NCBI RefSeq assembly: GCF_018350175.1
Contig: NC_058368.1
Span: forward strand, 6,324,001 to 6,388,000
DNA from: Felis catus
Taxonomy: Eukaryota
Length of the DNA: 64,000 bases
Direction: 5' to 3'
Shown: one piece after another, positions 26,198 to 38,290 of the stretch
Layout: every line of letters begins with the position of its first letter
How positions within the stretch are numbered: the first letter of the stretch is position 1
The notes under the pieces: model-generated
Database searches by the model: none
What the model was told of the DNA's origin: nothing
The model's input: the letters and a program-made list of their open reading frames with translations, nothing else
Made by a program: the position numbers and the translations under genes

Positions 26198-26391
26198 CCT
26201 GGTGAAGCGGCTCGGCGAGAGGCCTCCGGTTGGTGGAGCCGGCGCTGAGCCCCCCTCTCGCTCCGGCCGGGCCCCCGGCCGAGGGGGGGCGTGGCCGCGG
26301 CCGTGGCCGGGCCGGAGGCGGCGTCGCTGGCGCCGCTGCGTGCGGTGTGGTGCGGGGCGGGGGCGCCGGGCGGCCGCGGCGCGGCGGGACC

Positions 26392-26439
26392 ATGGAGCTC
26401 GGAGCGCAGCCCCGGCGCCGGCGGCGGAGCCGCGGACCG
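26392..26439 (+). CDS. Putative coding part of exon 1 (MELGAQPRRRRRSRGP, phase 0) of an unidentified gene; could be a uORF in a 5' UTR exon
   Basis: Strong Kozak context gggaccATGG; 48 nt to the consensus donor CCG|GTGAGT; lies in the CpG island downstream of promoter motifs. Confidence 0.55.
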
Positions 26440-28085
26440 GTGAGTGCGGGCTGCGGCCGGCCGGACTCCCCGGTCCTGGCCCCTTCGCTGCGCGGCTCCG
26501 GGCCGAGGGGCTGCCCCGGGGGAGGGGCGGGCGCGGGCCGGGTCCCCGCAGCCCGGTGGCCAAGTGAAGTTGCTGCATCGCGCCGGGCGCTCTCGGGCGG
26601 CCGGCGGGGCCCACTGCGGGCCGCGGCGCCGCCCCGCGCCTTGCCCTGCAGCCCAGCCGCATCCTCCGCGCCGGCTCCCGTGCCGGCCCGGGCTTCCCGC
26701 CGTCGCGGCGCGGCCCGGCGGCCGCTCTCCCCCGCGCGGTCCCTCGGCCCTCGGCCCCGGCGCTGCTCGGTGCGCGCTTCCCGGGCTGCGGGGCAGGCGC
26801 CCGCCATCCCGGCCGCAGGTGGCGCCCGGGCCTCCGCTCGCGCCCCACGCACGATGCTCGGGGCTGCCCGGCGTCCGGGACCTTCACATCCCGTGGCTCT
26901 GCGCGCCCTGCCGGCATGTGGCCCAGTCCCCGCGTGCCTGCCGCCCCGGGTCGGGCCCTCCACCCCCGGCTTCGCCCTCCCCGCGCCTCTGCGCCGGGTG
27001 CCCCCTCCCCCGGGTCTGCAGGCCCGCGGGGCTCCCGGCCTCCGCAGCCAGGCTCGGCTCCCCGAGCGCAGGGCAGGGGGGTCGGGCAGCCGGCGAGGGG
27101 GCGCGCTGCAGGGCAAGGGGAGAGGGCTGAGCGCCCGGGAGCCGCTTCGCGGGCATGGATCGTCCCCGGGAGACTTTGCCTGCGCGGCGGGCGGGGGCCG
27201 CGGCGCCTGGCTCTCGCCGTCCTCCGCGCCGGAGCTCCAGCGCGTGGAAAACCTTCCCCTCTCCGTCCGTGGTACTTACGGGCAATGGCGATTTCTTCTT
27301 GCTTCAGCCTCCCTGCAAGGGATAGTTCCGTGGCGGAGAGCAGAGTTCTTAATTATTAAGAAGCTAAGCGATGGGCTTAGGGATGAATGGGAACATCTCA
27401 TTTTTCTCAGCCGCCGTCGGGCGTATTAGGAATTCTTTCTCATTTGGGGGTCAGATGAAATCGTACTTAACTACCAGCAGTAATTTCTCAGTTTTTAAAA
27501 GACCGAACATTCAAAGGTCAGTTTTTGCTTTGTGCCTGCTTCTCCAAATCAAATGCATACCGGGGCACGAAATTTTAAGATTCAGAATCCACATTTTTGG
27601 TTTTTCTTGAGGGGAGGGGCTAGCCTCATTTAAAAAAATCGGTTTGTCTAAAACTTAAAAAGCCTGCGTCTCTATCAAAACTAAGTTCAAAGTGTTATAA
27701 TGGACTCATTTTTCTGTCGCCTCTAGGGCAAATTCTGTTGAACCTTGGTCGCTTTTCTGTGTATGCTTTACTCAACTTTCCTTTTCTAGCAGTGAAACAA
27801 TGCAGTGATTCTTTAAAGCTAGTTCTTTTATCTACTAGAGAGGTTAAACAAAGGAAAGCTGGGTTTGACCTTTCCCATAGGCAGTTCTTATTGTGTATCT
27901 GGTCTCCTTTCTAACAGCCTCCACATAGCGCTCATTTTTCTTCATTTTTGAAGATCTTAATTTATATTCACAAAAGTTGTGCCCTTTCGGATGTTTAAAA
28001 CTCACTAGGTTGGGAAGTTTGCTTGACTTCATCAGACATTTGCGGTTTGACCTGTATTCACTGTTGTCTTAAAACCGTGGAAAGA

Positions 28086-28316
28086 GGGGCACCTGGGTGG
28101 TGCAGTCGGTTGGGCGTCCGACTTCAGCTCAGGTCACGATCTCGCGGTCCGTGAGTTCGAGCCCCGCATCGGGCTCTGGGTTGATGGCTTAGAGCCTGGA
28201 GCCTGTTTCCGATTCTGTGTCTCCCTCTCTCTCTGCCCCTCCCCTGTTCATGCTCTGTCTCTCTCTGTCTCAAAAATAAATAAACGTTAAAAAAAAAAAA
28301 TTAAAAGAAAAAAAAA
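28086..28316 (+). mobile_element. Young SINEC_Fc
   Basis: Full body; TSD aaaaccgtg(g/a)aaaga. Confidence 0.96.
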
Positions 28317-28677
28317 CCGTGAAAAGAAGCTTGTTCTGGAACTGTCTACATAAAAATTGTTCTTGCGTTTCCAGTTGCTGACATGAAGTTGCTCTATAGC
28401 AGCGTTTTATCTGTTTCCTTGAAACTTATGACCTAATAGCCAATGGTGTGCTACTCTGTTTTTAAAAAATTCTGGAAGAAAAAAAAGAAAAGGCGAAACT
28501 GCACTTTACTAAGTGGTGGTGTCGGCATCGTAGCCCCCTGTGTGTTCTCAGCGTGTCTTTGTAAACCTACTTTACCCTTCCCAGAGTAACCTGCGTGTGG
28601 TAAGTCACTTCTTGGTTATTGGAATGGTTCCATTAAAACAGTTGTCTGTTTATAAGTATTAAAAGAATTACCTGTCA

Positions 28678-28902
28678 GGGTGCCTGGGTGGCTCAGTCGG
28701 TTAGGCAACTGACTTCGGCTCAGGCCATGATCTCACGGTTCGTGGGCTCGAGCCCCACGTCGGGCTCTGTCCTGACAGCTCAGAGCCTGGAGCCCGCTTC
28801 GGATTCTGTGTCTCTTCCTCTCTGTCCCCCTCCCCTGCTCATGCTCTGTGTCTCTTTGTCTCTCAATAATAAATCAACGTTAAAAAAATTAAAAAAAAAA
28901 AA
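28678..28902 (+). mobile_element. CanSINE (SINEC_Fc-type)
   Basis: Full body; TSD aaagaatta(c/t)ctgtc. Confidence 0.95.
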
Positions 28903-29752
28903 AGAAAGAATTATCTGTCCTAGGAGGCCAGTACTAGAGTTTCATTTAGAGTTCCCAGAACTTTTCTTTGAGAAATAATCGCCGAGTATATTTCCCACTT
29001 CTACGCTGTTATCATTCCTTATATCTTCTTGGGCCTGCCCGCCACATGGTCGTACAGACTGTTGATGCTCACCTCAGTCCTTTTTGCTCAGAAGCCTGCT
29101 TTCCTCTGCAAGGTCAGGTTTTCTTGGGACCTGCCCTGGGGCATTTGGAGCCCGATGCTACTTGCAGTCCACGGGTGCTCAGGGCTGGGGCTTCACCCAT
29201 GGTGCCTTTTACGTGGGTAATACAGGAATAGAGTATGCCATTCATACGTAAATAAGGCGTTATTATAAACTAAATGGAGTATCACTACGGAGATACATGG
29301 AGTAACAAGTCTCAGTCCCCTCTTCCTCTTCTTCTTGGGTGCCCTTGTCCTGTGTCTTTCTCCAGAGGTAACCAAACCTGATCCTATGGGGTGTGGCCTT
29401 CCAGAACTTTTTCGAGAACTTTTTTTTTCTTCAGAAGCCAGTGAGTGGATGCCCGCTAAGCGCCTAGCGCGATTTTCATACCGGGAGCGCAGAAATAAGA
29501 GAGAAAAGCTCTCAAGATGTTGTTAGTCTGCCGAGACCAACGATTTCAGTGCAGTGTGATCAGTGCCGTGATGGGAGTTAGTAAGCAGAGAGGGGTGCGG
29601 AGCATCACATGAATGGCCTAGTCCGTTTGCTTGCTTTATTCATTCGCTGGATTTCAGAGCTTATTCTACGTGCTGGGGATACAAAGGCAAACAAGGTAGA
29701 TGCCTCTTTTAGCATCTGGTCATCGGGTTCTCGGACAGTTTTACAAAAAACA

Positions 29753-29967
29753 TTTTTTTTAATGTTTGTTTATTTTTGAGAGCGAGAGAGACAGAACATG
29801 AGCAGGGGCCGAGAGAGAGAGAGAGTGGGAGACACAGAATCCGAAGCAGGCTCCAGGCTCTGAGCTGTCGGCACAGAGCCCGATGCAGGGCTCGAACCCA
29901 CGAGCTGTGAGATCATGACCTGAGCCGAAGTCAGTTGCTTAACCGACTGAGCCACCCAGGTGCCCCA
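29753..29967 (-). mobile_element. CanSINE (SINEC_Fc-type)
   Basis: Full body; TSD tcggacagtttta. Confidence 0.95.
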
Positions 29968-29989
29968 TCGGACAGTTTTAACCGATGGG

Positions 29990-30730
29990 GCACACATTTA
30001 GTTAACGAGTGTGGTATATGGTAAGCGCTCTGAAAGGGCTCAGCTACTGGAGCTTAGAGGGTGACTGGAAACCGAAGCTTAGGGACTATTCAGAGAGATG
30101 AGAAAAGCCTCCGGGAGAAATACAAGGGAAGGAATTGGTCAGAGTCTGGGTCAAGGAGAGGCTTGGTAAAGGCTGTCAGGGACATGGTGTATTGGAGCAC
30201 CTGAAAAAATTTAGTCTGGTGGTGTGACAAGGTGTGGATGGGCTCAGGGAAGCGGCAAGAAATGGGGCAGGAGAAGCGACCCGGGGCTGTGCGGCATAGG
30301 GCCTTGCGATTCCTGTCGTAAGGGGTTTGGACTCTTCTGTGGACGAAAGGAAACAGTTGCGGAATTCTGAAGCAGAAGGGCATGATCAGATTTGCCCTTT
30401 GCAGAACGGATGGCAGGGAGCAAGGGTGGAAGGAGGGAAGGTCGAGGAGGTAGAATTACTGGGACTTGGTTGTCGGTTGGTGGGGGTACATATGGGGGAG
30501 TTAGGAGAGGCGGGAGTTCTGGGCAGTGCTGAGTCCCGGGTGGCCAGCCGGGTGGATGATGGTGCCTTTCTCAACGGAGCAGCGGCCATTTGGAAGAAAC
30601 GATGCCCGGTGCACTTGGCTTCGTTAAGTTTCAGGTGGCCGCGGGACACGGTGGTTAGTCGACTGCGTTAGGGATCCGGCTGTTGGGGGATGTCTGGACT
30701 TGAGACAGACATCTGAGAGTCCTTAGACCA
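29990..30730 (-). mobile_element. L2 fragment
   Basis: 'gaagggcatgatcagatttg', 'ggtggatgatggtgcc', 'taagtttcaggtg' are reverse L2 motifs. Confidence 0.65.
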
Positions 30731-33088
30731 CAGTTCCCAGACTGTGTGCTGATGTGATGCAGTGAACTCACGGGGAGACTGCAGGATATTGAATTGTGGA
30801 AGGAAACTCAGCAGTCCATAACATCTGTCCTGCCCTGTGGGGAATACTCGCTCAGAGGAATCTACGGTTTCCACCATCGGTTGCATTACTCTCTTTTCGT
30901 TGATAACGTTTGTAAGGCTGGGCGTTCAGTGGTTGGGTTCCCTGTGAGATTCAGTGTGTAGTAGGACATGCACGAGGTGATAACCAGTCCAGCTCCAAGG
31001 TTTGAGAAATTGTGAGGTGCCCAACAGGTGCACGCGTACCGTAAGTAAATACTGGTGGTTTATTCAGACATAAAAATACTGATTTTTTTTTTCTCAATTG
31101 AAATGTGCTTTTTAAAAATAGGTAATAAGTTGTTAGGGCACGAATGCTTAAGTTATTTGAACTTGTCCAACAATGCAGCAGTCAGGCGTTTCTTTTGGCC
31201 CGAGACGCTAAGGGTGCCGTGAACAGAGAAAGTTCCAGAACCTCTGCCTTTGCCCGTATTTGTGAACGGAGGCTGTTGGAGTGGATGGAGTTATTCAAGA
31301 AGCACGTACAGAAAAAAGGAGTGTGTCGAATGTGACCTGGGGAGCTCCTGTGTTCAAAAGATACGCAGGAGAGGGTAGGCTCTCACTGTGAGACCGAGAA
31401 GGACAGTTGTGGGGGGAGGGGGGCACGAATGGCGTCTGGAAGCCGTGGTCCAAAAGCACATCAGCAAAGAGGGGTGCTGAGAGCCAGGAAGTCATTAGTG
31501 ATATAGGAGGTGGCCACGGTGACACGGTAACGGGGACAGGAGCGGGATGGCCAGATCGCGAGAGGGTATAACAGCGGGAGCCAGGAAGTGTGTGGGGACA
31601 GTGTGTGGGGACAGCTCTTGGGCGTGGTGGTGGTGAAGGGTGGCTCCAGGGGGCCAGGGAAAGGACGGACTTTTTTTTTTTTTTTTTTTTTTAGTGCAAG
31701 GATTTGAGCATGTTGAGGAACCAAGGGGAGAGGGTGCTAGCTAGCAAGAGATCCAGACAGACAGTGGGTACAGAATGTCCATTGGTTTCCGCTCTGGGAC
31801 GTCATTACTGGTTTCACAGGAGGAGTCCCAGGGGAGCCTTACTGCCACGGACCAAGAATTGTACTCAGGTGGGGAGGCTGGTCGGGTTACACGGTGCTTC
31901 TAAACCTTGGTTGTGGAGAGGAGAGAAGGGCATTCGCTAGGGAGGCACGTCTGGTTCAAGGGGAGTTGTTTTTTGTTGTTTTTTTTAAACATTGACTTTA
32001 TTTTCTTTTATTAACTTTTTTTTTTTTTTTTTTAAGAACGCCTTTTTTTTCTCTTCCGTTTGAGACATGCTTTTCTTAGGACTGGTTGAGCCTTCTCAGG
32101 GTGGGGTGCTCTGGGCACGGCCGTGCCTTTTTCTAGGTCCTGGCGTCCCGTGAAGGTCGTATGGTCCGCGACAGTGCTGTCCCGTTTTGCTTTGAGTGGA
32201 CGCTTTCTGCTGTCAGTGCTGTGCTGCTTGCCTCAAGGTCAGTTTTGTTTGTTTTGTGTAAGAGCCTATCCTCCTGTCTTAGCAGATGTCCCTAGATTCG
32301 GATAATTTTTCCATACTCGGATTTCGGCCTTAATCTTTGGAGCCACCCTGTTCTGGCTCTTCTTCCCTGGATCTGTGCCTCTTCTCTTTGAGGTTAGCTC
32401 TTTTCTTCTCTTTTCTCCTGTTGATGCTCTCTTTTTTTTGCGGGGGGGGGGTGGTTTAAACATCCTGAATATCCCAGGGTGATTTCTCCTCTTTCAGGTC
32501 TAGTAGGAGCTTCTGAGCCTCAGCTCTGGGCTCAGCATCCGGGATGGAACTTTCCCCTTCGGCCTGTTCTTAGGGGGCCCTCCGACCTCTGGGAGCCGTG
32601 GTCTTGTATTGATCTAAAGATGTCTTCTGCTGCATTGTGTATTTTTGAACTTTTTCAGTGTTTTATTAACATTTCTCTTTAGTTTTTGCTTTATGGTTCT
32701 TTTCACGTGATTGAATGCCTACTGTGGACCGTCCTGGTTATTGGTGATAACAGCATTAATCGGACAAAGCACCAGTCCTCAATACCTGGAGAGGGAAAAC
32801 AGAGGTAAATTGTCTTGCAAACTCACTGTAAGCTCCTTGTGGGCAGGCACCAGACGGCACGGTGCCTCATCCACAGCCGGCTCTTAGTAGATGTGCTCCA
32901 GCTTTGTTAAGTAACCTCTTAAACACTGTGGCCACTTACAGACTGTTGTTTAGGTCATAACCTTACTGGCCAGTGGTAACACCCAGTGCCTCCTGGCTCC
33001 AGCTGGCCATTTGCCCAAAGCCTTTGTGATCTTTGGTCCTTGAATACTTCCTTTTACTAGCCACTGAAAGCCATCTTGGATCTTTAAA

Positions 33089-33300
33089 TTTTTTTTTGTA
33101 ATGTTTATTAATTTTTGAGTGACAGAGAGACAGAGCGTGAGCAGGGGAGGGGCAGAGAGAGAAGGAGACACAGAACGCGAAGCAGGCTCCAGGCTCTGAG
33201 CTGTCAGCACAGAGCCCGATGCGGGGCCCGAACTCACAGACTGTGAGATCGTGACCTGAGCCGAAGTGGACACTTAACCGGCTGAGCCACCCAGGCGCCC
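33089..33300 (-). mobile_element. CanSINE (SINEC_Fc-type)
   Basis: Full body; TSD catcttggat(c/t)tttaaa. Confidence 0.95.
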
Positions 33301-35030
33301 GCATCTTGGATTTTTAAAGCTGTGCTCCAGTGCATCCTGAAGATGTCATTACCCTGCTGCTGTGGTTCCTCTCGCGGAGTGCTGTTATCCATGTTGTGCA
33401 CACGAGCAGCTCAGCGAAATTGTGTTGCATATAAAAGTATGGATGTGATTGACCGAACTAAGAACCCATGTGGCCATATTTTATCAGCTAAATGGAAGAA
33501 ATGGTGTCTTCCTTGCACATAGCAGATACTCAACAAATATGTTTTCATTGACTGAACGTGTCATGGGTTTTGATTGAGGACCATAGGAAAAGCAGAACGC
33601 TATCACTACTTTCTAATTTTAAGGGTCCGGACTGAGTCATTTTGCTCTACTCATGTTGCACTTTTGTTTTAAGCCCCCCAAAACACGTGCATGACACTCC
33701 CCCCCCCCCCCCCCCCTTGTTTTGTCATGTAGTCCTGTGTTAGAGTTATTACCTAGGCACAGTTCGGCTCTGAATTTGACTTTGTAACTCTTTTCGGGGC
33801 CATATTCTGTGCAGTTTAGAATGAACACTTACGGAGAGGTTCATGGATTTAAATTGCTCCCTGTGGTGCATGGAAGGAACACTGTCTAAACACGCAGGGA
33901 GTGAAGTATCTAGTCCAGTAGAGGGATGACATTAACCAGAAGAGTGGCAAGAAAGTGAGGGAGCAGCTTATGTTTGTGTTTGTATCATTCTGAGAGAGGC
34001 TGTTCACAGCTTACAAGGAAGAGGAACTCACTTGCCTTCCATCTCTTGAAAAGTAAGATTTTAATTTTGGCGGGAAGATTGTAGTTTTCCAATATAGGTT
34101 ACATGCCCATTTTCAACAGAAACAGAAAAACACATTTTGTTTATAACCAAACCTATAGCGTTTGAAACATAACTTGGTTCTCGGTTTTCCATAGTACTTA
34201 TCTCCTGTTTGTGTACATCTTTTAGAGTTAATTATCCGGTTTTTGATTTAAAAACAGAAATGCACAGAGACCCCTTAATTCCCCAATCACCTGTCTTCAG
34301 ATTTTAATTACACACTGCAAACAACATTGTTTCCAAAGGCTTTACTAAAATGTGGACTGTCCTTTGAGATATCCCAGGGAGGAAGATTATTAAAATGTTA
34401 CTTCTTTTTGAAAGCTAGCATCGTAAAATTGGAGGATTGCAAGGCCTATCAGTGATAATGAAGTTCATACCTGAGTTTGCCCGTTGTATTGCATAGATTA
34501 GTTAAAAACTTCTTCCATTTCTGACATGTCTAGCATATTCCATACTACCTGTCCAAAAACAAAACAAAACAAAACAAAAAAAAACGTGGTAACAACAAAA
34601 CCTCATGATATCATTTGATAGAATTATAGAGGCATTAGGTATTACAGGGTCTAGAACAATTTTCGTTTTAAGCTATGTTTATAGTTATTGTTGCTAGACA
34701 GGAGTTTAGAAACGTGTGGTTTCATTTCTCAGGCTATTTGGTTTCTGATGATTGTCAAATTACATTTGAGATAAAACATACTGCCCTGCATTTTAGTATT
34801 CACCCAGCATGCCCTCTGGTTCTGGACCCTGATACAACTTAGACCAACTGTGTACAAGTGAATGTTACAAATAGGGTTTTGTTGCAGTGTTTATGTTTTA
34901 TCCAAATGTATTTGTTCAGATTTTGTTGTTTGAGATGCTTATGATTTTATTGAATGCAAACAGTGGAGGCTTGTCCCTCGTCCCCCATTACGTAAAGATT
35001 TAAATTAGCTTCTAGGAAATACTCATAGTG

Positions 35031-35126
35031 ATGAAGCTGAATATAAATAACGAGAATCAAAACCATGTGAAGATCATGAATGAAAACAATGAAACCTATT
35101 CTTTGAACAAGGGCCCAGCCTCCCAG
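35031..35126 (+). CDS. Candidate alternative coding exon (MKLNINNENQNHVKIMNENNETYSLNKGPASQ, phase 0)
   Basis: 32 open codons ending at CAG|GTGGGT; same phase as exon 1; unique sequence; no product recognised. Confidence 0.3.
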
Positions 35127-36058
35127 GTGGGTGTTTTAGTTGTGGAGGGCTAGAATTTTACTCGTGCAAGGCGTCAGTGACTCAGCCCCAGAAGCATCTG
35201 TTGCTTAGTGTTTGTGTTCCTCATGGGGTCGTCTTCCACGGGGCCCTTCTGGTAGGCCAGCTTTTTCCACCTGTGACTCAGCCTCCATTAGGAAGTGGGA
35301 ACTTCCTCCTGCTCGGTTCAGCTGGTGGGCAGGGAGAGAGCCAAGTCCCGTGGAGGTTTTATGGGCCAGCACACATCACTTCTCATCCCCCTGGCTGAAC
35401 TCCGACGCGGCCTCATTTAATGTGCTGAAAGCTGAAAACGTCGGCTGACTCTGAATCCCGTAGGCTGACTCTGAATCCCCGAGAAGAGAGGACGTAGGTA
35501 TTGGTGACATAACTAACCAGTCTGCAGACTGGGAACTTGGCCGAGCATCCTGGTGGTGAAAGGGGGAAACATCGTCAGCTCTACGCTGCAGTTTTCACCA
35601 TCTGTAGAAAACGTACCAGTTTCCTTTCCTTAATACGTTCCCCACACCCTCACTTGGGGTTCGTATTGGTTACACTGAGAGCCGCAGTGTGGAGTGTGCA
35701 GCCCATAGGACGTGGTTTTTCTGAGGCTGATTATATTCTGTTTTTTAGATGAAGGGAAAACACACCTTAATAACAACGTTTCTGCAGAGGGTTAAACTCG
35801 CATGGTTCATGTGCTTTCTGGTGGCAACAGTGAATGCACTGCATCTCTGTCAAAACAGCCATTCAGGAATATAATGAGCCTCAAATGGATTTTTTGGTAA
35901 AAGGTGTATAGAAGCTGGTTTGAAGTTCTCTTTCCTGATTAGGTTGGAGTGCTGGTATTTTATGTTGTCAATTAGAGGTAGACTTTTTGGAGACCAAAAA
36001 TGGAGAAATGATTGATTAATTCAAAGTCAATGTACTGCATGCCAAGCTTGTTCCAGAA

Positions 36059-36280
36059 CGAGGGTTGGTAAATAGTAGCCTTCGGGCCCAATCTGGACTT
36101 TTGCCTGATTTTGTAAAGAAAATTTTATTGGAGTAGAGGCTTGTCCATTCGTTTACACACTGTCTGTGGCTGCTTTTGTGCTATAAGGCAGAGGTGAGTA
36201 GTTGTGACAGGAACTGTCTAACCTGCAGAGTACAAAATATTTACTATCTGAGTCTTTAGAGCAAAAAATCCCGACCCCTC
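36059..36280 (+). mobile_element. MER58A-like hAT-Charlie MITE
   Basis: 'gttggtaaa...ttttattgga...aaaatatttactatctg...ccgacccct'; 8-bp TSD-like ttccagaa/ttctagag. Confidence 0.88.
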
Positions 36281-36289
36281 TTCTAGAGG

Positions 36290-36830
36290 ATAAGTGCCCT
36301 TTCTCAGAGAGATCCCGTTCGAGTGGGGGGGAAAGATAATAAAGAAACAGCATAAATACATGTAGTGATAATGGCTATAGAAAAAATACAGGAGCAAGGG
36401 GACAGTGTATCGGGGACTGCCATTCTTGATAGTGTGGTCAAGGAAGTGGTCAGGGAAGGTGTCTCTGGGGTGACAGTTGACAGAGGCGTGATGAAGGTCA
36501 AGTGCGCCAGTCCATTAGCTATTTTGGCCAAGAGCCTTATGGGAGGAGGAACAGCAGGTGCAAAGACCCTTGAGGTGGTAGGAGGGTAGTATGAGTAAGT
36601 GGGGTGTGTGTGTGTGTGTGTGTGCACGCGCGTGTGTGTGTGTGCGTGTGCAGTTACAGAGGTAATAAAGGACCAGATCAGGTAGGGTCTGGTAGACTGT
36701 GGTGGCACTTTGGATTTTATTCTGAGTCAAATGGAAAGCCATTGCAAGTTTTTGAGCAGGGACACGATACCATGTGGCTTAGATTTTAAAAGGGTCACCA
36801 GCAGTGTTGTGTAGAGAATAGATTGTAGGA
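36290..36830 (-). mobile_element. L2 fragment interrupted by (TG)n at 36604-36650
   Basis: 'gtggtcagggaaggtgtctctg', 'gcaaagaccctgagg'-like, 'ttggattttattctgag...ggaaagccattg' motifs. Confidence 0.8.
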
Positions 36831-37639
36831 GACAAGGTAGAAAGACAGTGTGTGCACCTGCTAGGCATTGCTAGATGCTGAGAGTATCAGGATGAATCAG
36901 ATGGCCCTTTCCTCCAGGGGCTGATGGTGTAACCGCTGAGAAAAACAAGTGAAAAGATCACTGTGGTGTATAGCTGTAGGTGGGAAAGTGTAAGGTGCCG
37001 TGGGATTGGGCAGGAGGGGTGCTCGATCCCGAGTGGGAGACGACACCCGCCTGAGAAAATGGGAGGACGCTAATGAAGACTGATCGGAATAGGTGCCCGT
37101 TGCATACCTGAGCTCTGAGAGTTTTGGAAGAACCACGCGAACAGATCGTCAGAGATTCTGCCATCCAGCAGAGCTGGCGGTGGGTTTCAGATCCTAACGA
37201 TTGTTCTCTGGAGCACTGCGGGAGAGTGATTCTAAGATTGCATCGGGCCCCGATGGGATACGGTGCAGTGGGCGCTGAAGGGGCACGGATGATCTTGGCC
37301 AGAGAGCAGGACCAAGGTAATTTTGGTCCGGAAAAATTGTGGAAGAGTCTCCGTAATTTATCTGTGGAATGTATTGTAGAGCGTTGATAACCTTTCCCAT
37401 GAGCCCAGCAGCATGAATGAGGTTGCAAAATATACTTCTAAGTAGTTAAACAAATTGATCTGCTGTCTGCAGTTACTGGATCTGACCCAATGAAACTTTG
37501 GAGGATGTCTATAATGATGGTTTTTATTTTTGAGAGAGGTGATATTATCCCATTTTGGATAATAATTAGCGGAAAAAATTGTTGCCATTTTTATTGGTGT
37601 AGTGAAGGTTATTCATCTTTTTATTTTCTTTAATAGAGT

Positions 37640-38223
37640 GTCTAGATCATCTGAAAATAATTTCAGTGATTATAAAAGAAATAGGGAGATGAAATGGATA
37701 CATTCACAATCGTAGAGTGAGTTATTTTTTGTACTACCCTGGTATTGTAGTGAACAGAATTCCGTAAGGATATACAAGATTTGAACAACACAATATTTGA
37801 ACAATAAACTTGCCTTGCATGTCTAGACATTGCCCCTAACAACTGCAGAATACACATTATTTACCAGTTCATGTGGATAAGCTGTCAGCTTATGGGATAT
37901 TTCAGAGGATTGAGGTCAAACAGTACAGTATTCTCTGCATTAAACTAAAATCAATAGCAAAAAGTAAAATCATTCCTAAATACCCACAAATTATGGAAGA
38001 TCTTTAATTGCAATGAGAATTTTAAATATTGACAAAATATTTTGATCAGAATTAATATAAAAATACTTCATATCGAAATCTGTGGGATGCAGCTAAAGTT
38101 ATACTTAGAGGAAAGTTTATAGCCATAAATACATGTTAGGAAAGAAGACTGAAAAACATTCAGTGATCTGTACATCCATCTCACAGAGTTAGGAACAAAA
38201 CAGCAAACTAAACACGGAGGAAG
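37640..38223 (+). mobile_element. Old L1 ORF2 fragment (endonuclease/linker region)
   Basis: 'aatctgtgggatgcagctaaagttatacttagaggaaagtttatagcc' translates as NLWDAAKVILRGKFIA, an L1 ORF2 motif. Confidence 0.85.
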
Positions 38224-38225
38224 TA

Positions 38226-38290
38226 CAGTTGACCCTTACCATGGGGATTAAGGATGCTGACCCCTGGGCAAAGATTCACATGTAATTTTC
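38226..38290 (+). mobile_element. Tigger2-like terminal fragment
   Basis: TA then 'cagttgaccctt...ggggattaaggatgctgacccc'. Confidence 0.55.

Larger units (their letters stand above)
26050..27300. promoter_or_regulatory. CpG island spanning the promoter, exon 1 and start of intron 1
   Basis: Very high GC with dense undepleted CpG, in sharp contrast to the flanks. Confidence 0.97.

Noticed and set aside
26380..26400. Assigning a gene symbol from the 'gcggcgggaccATGGAG' start, which resembles my recollection of the TGFBR1 start context
   Set aside because: The downstream peptide does not match the TGFBR1 signal peptide or any N-terminus I recognise, so the symbol is left blank.
26025..27429. 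Long overlapping ORFs (399, 363, 279, 228 aa) on both strands
   Set aside because: They lie in the CpG island, where stop codons are rare. The products are low-complexity Arg/Gly/Pro/Ala, and the 399-aa ORF reads through the consensus splice donor at 26440.
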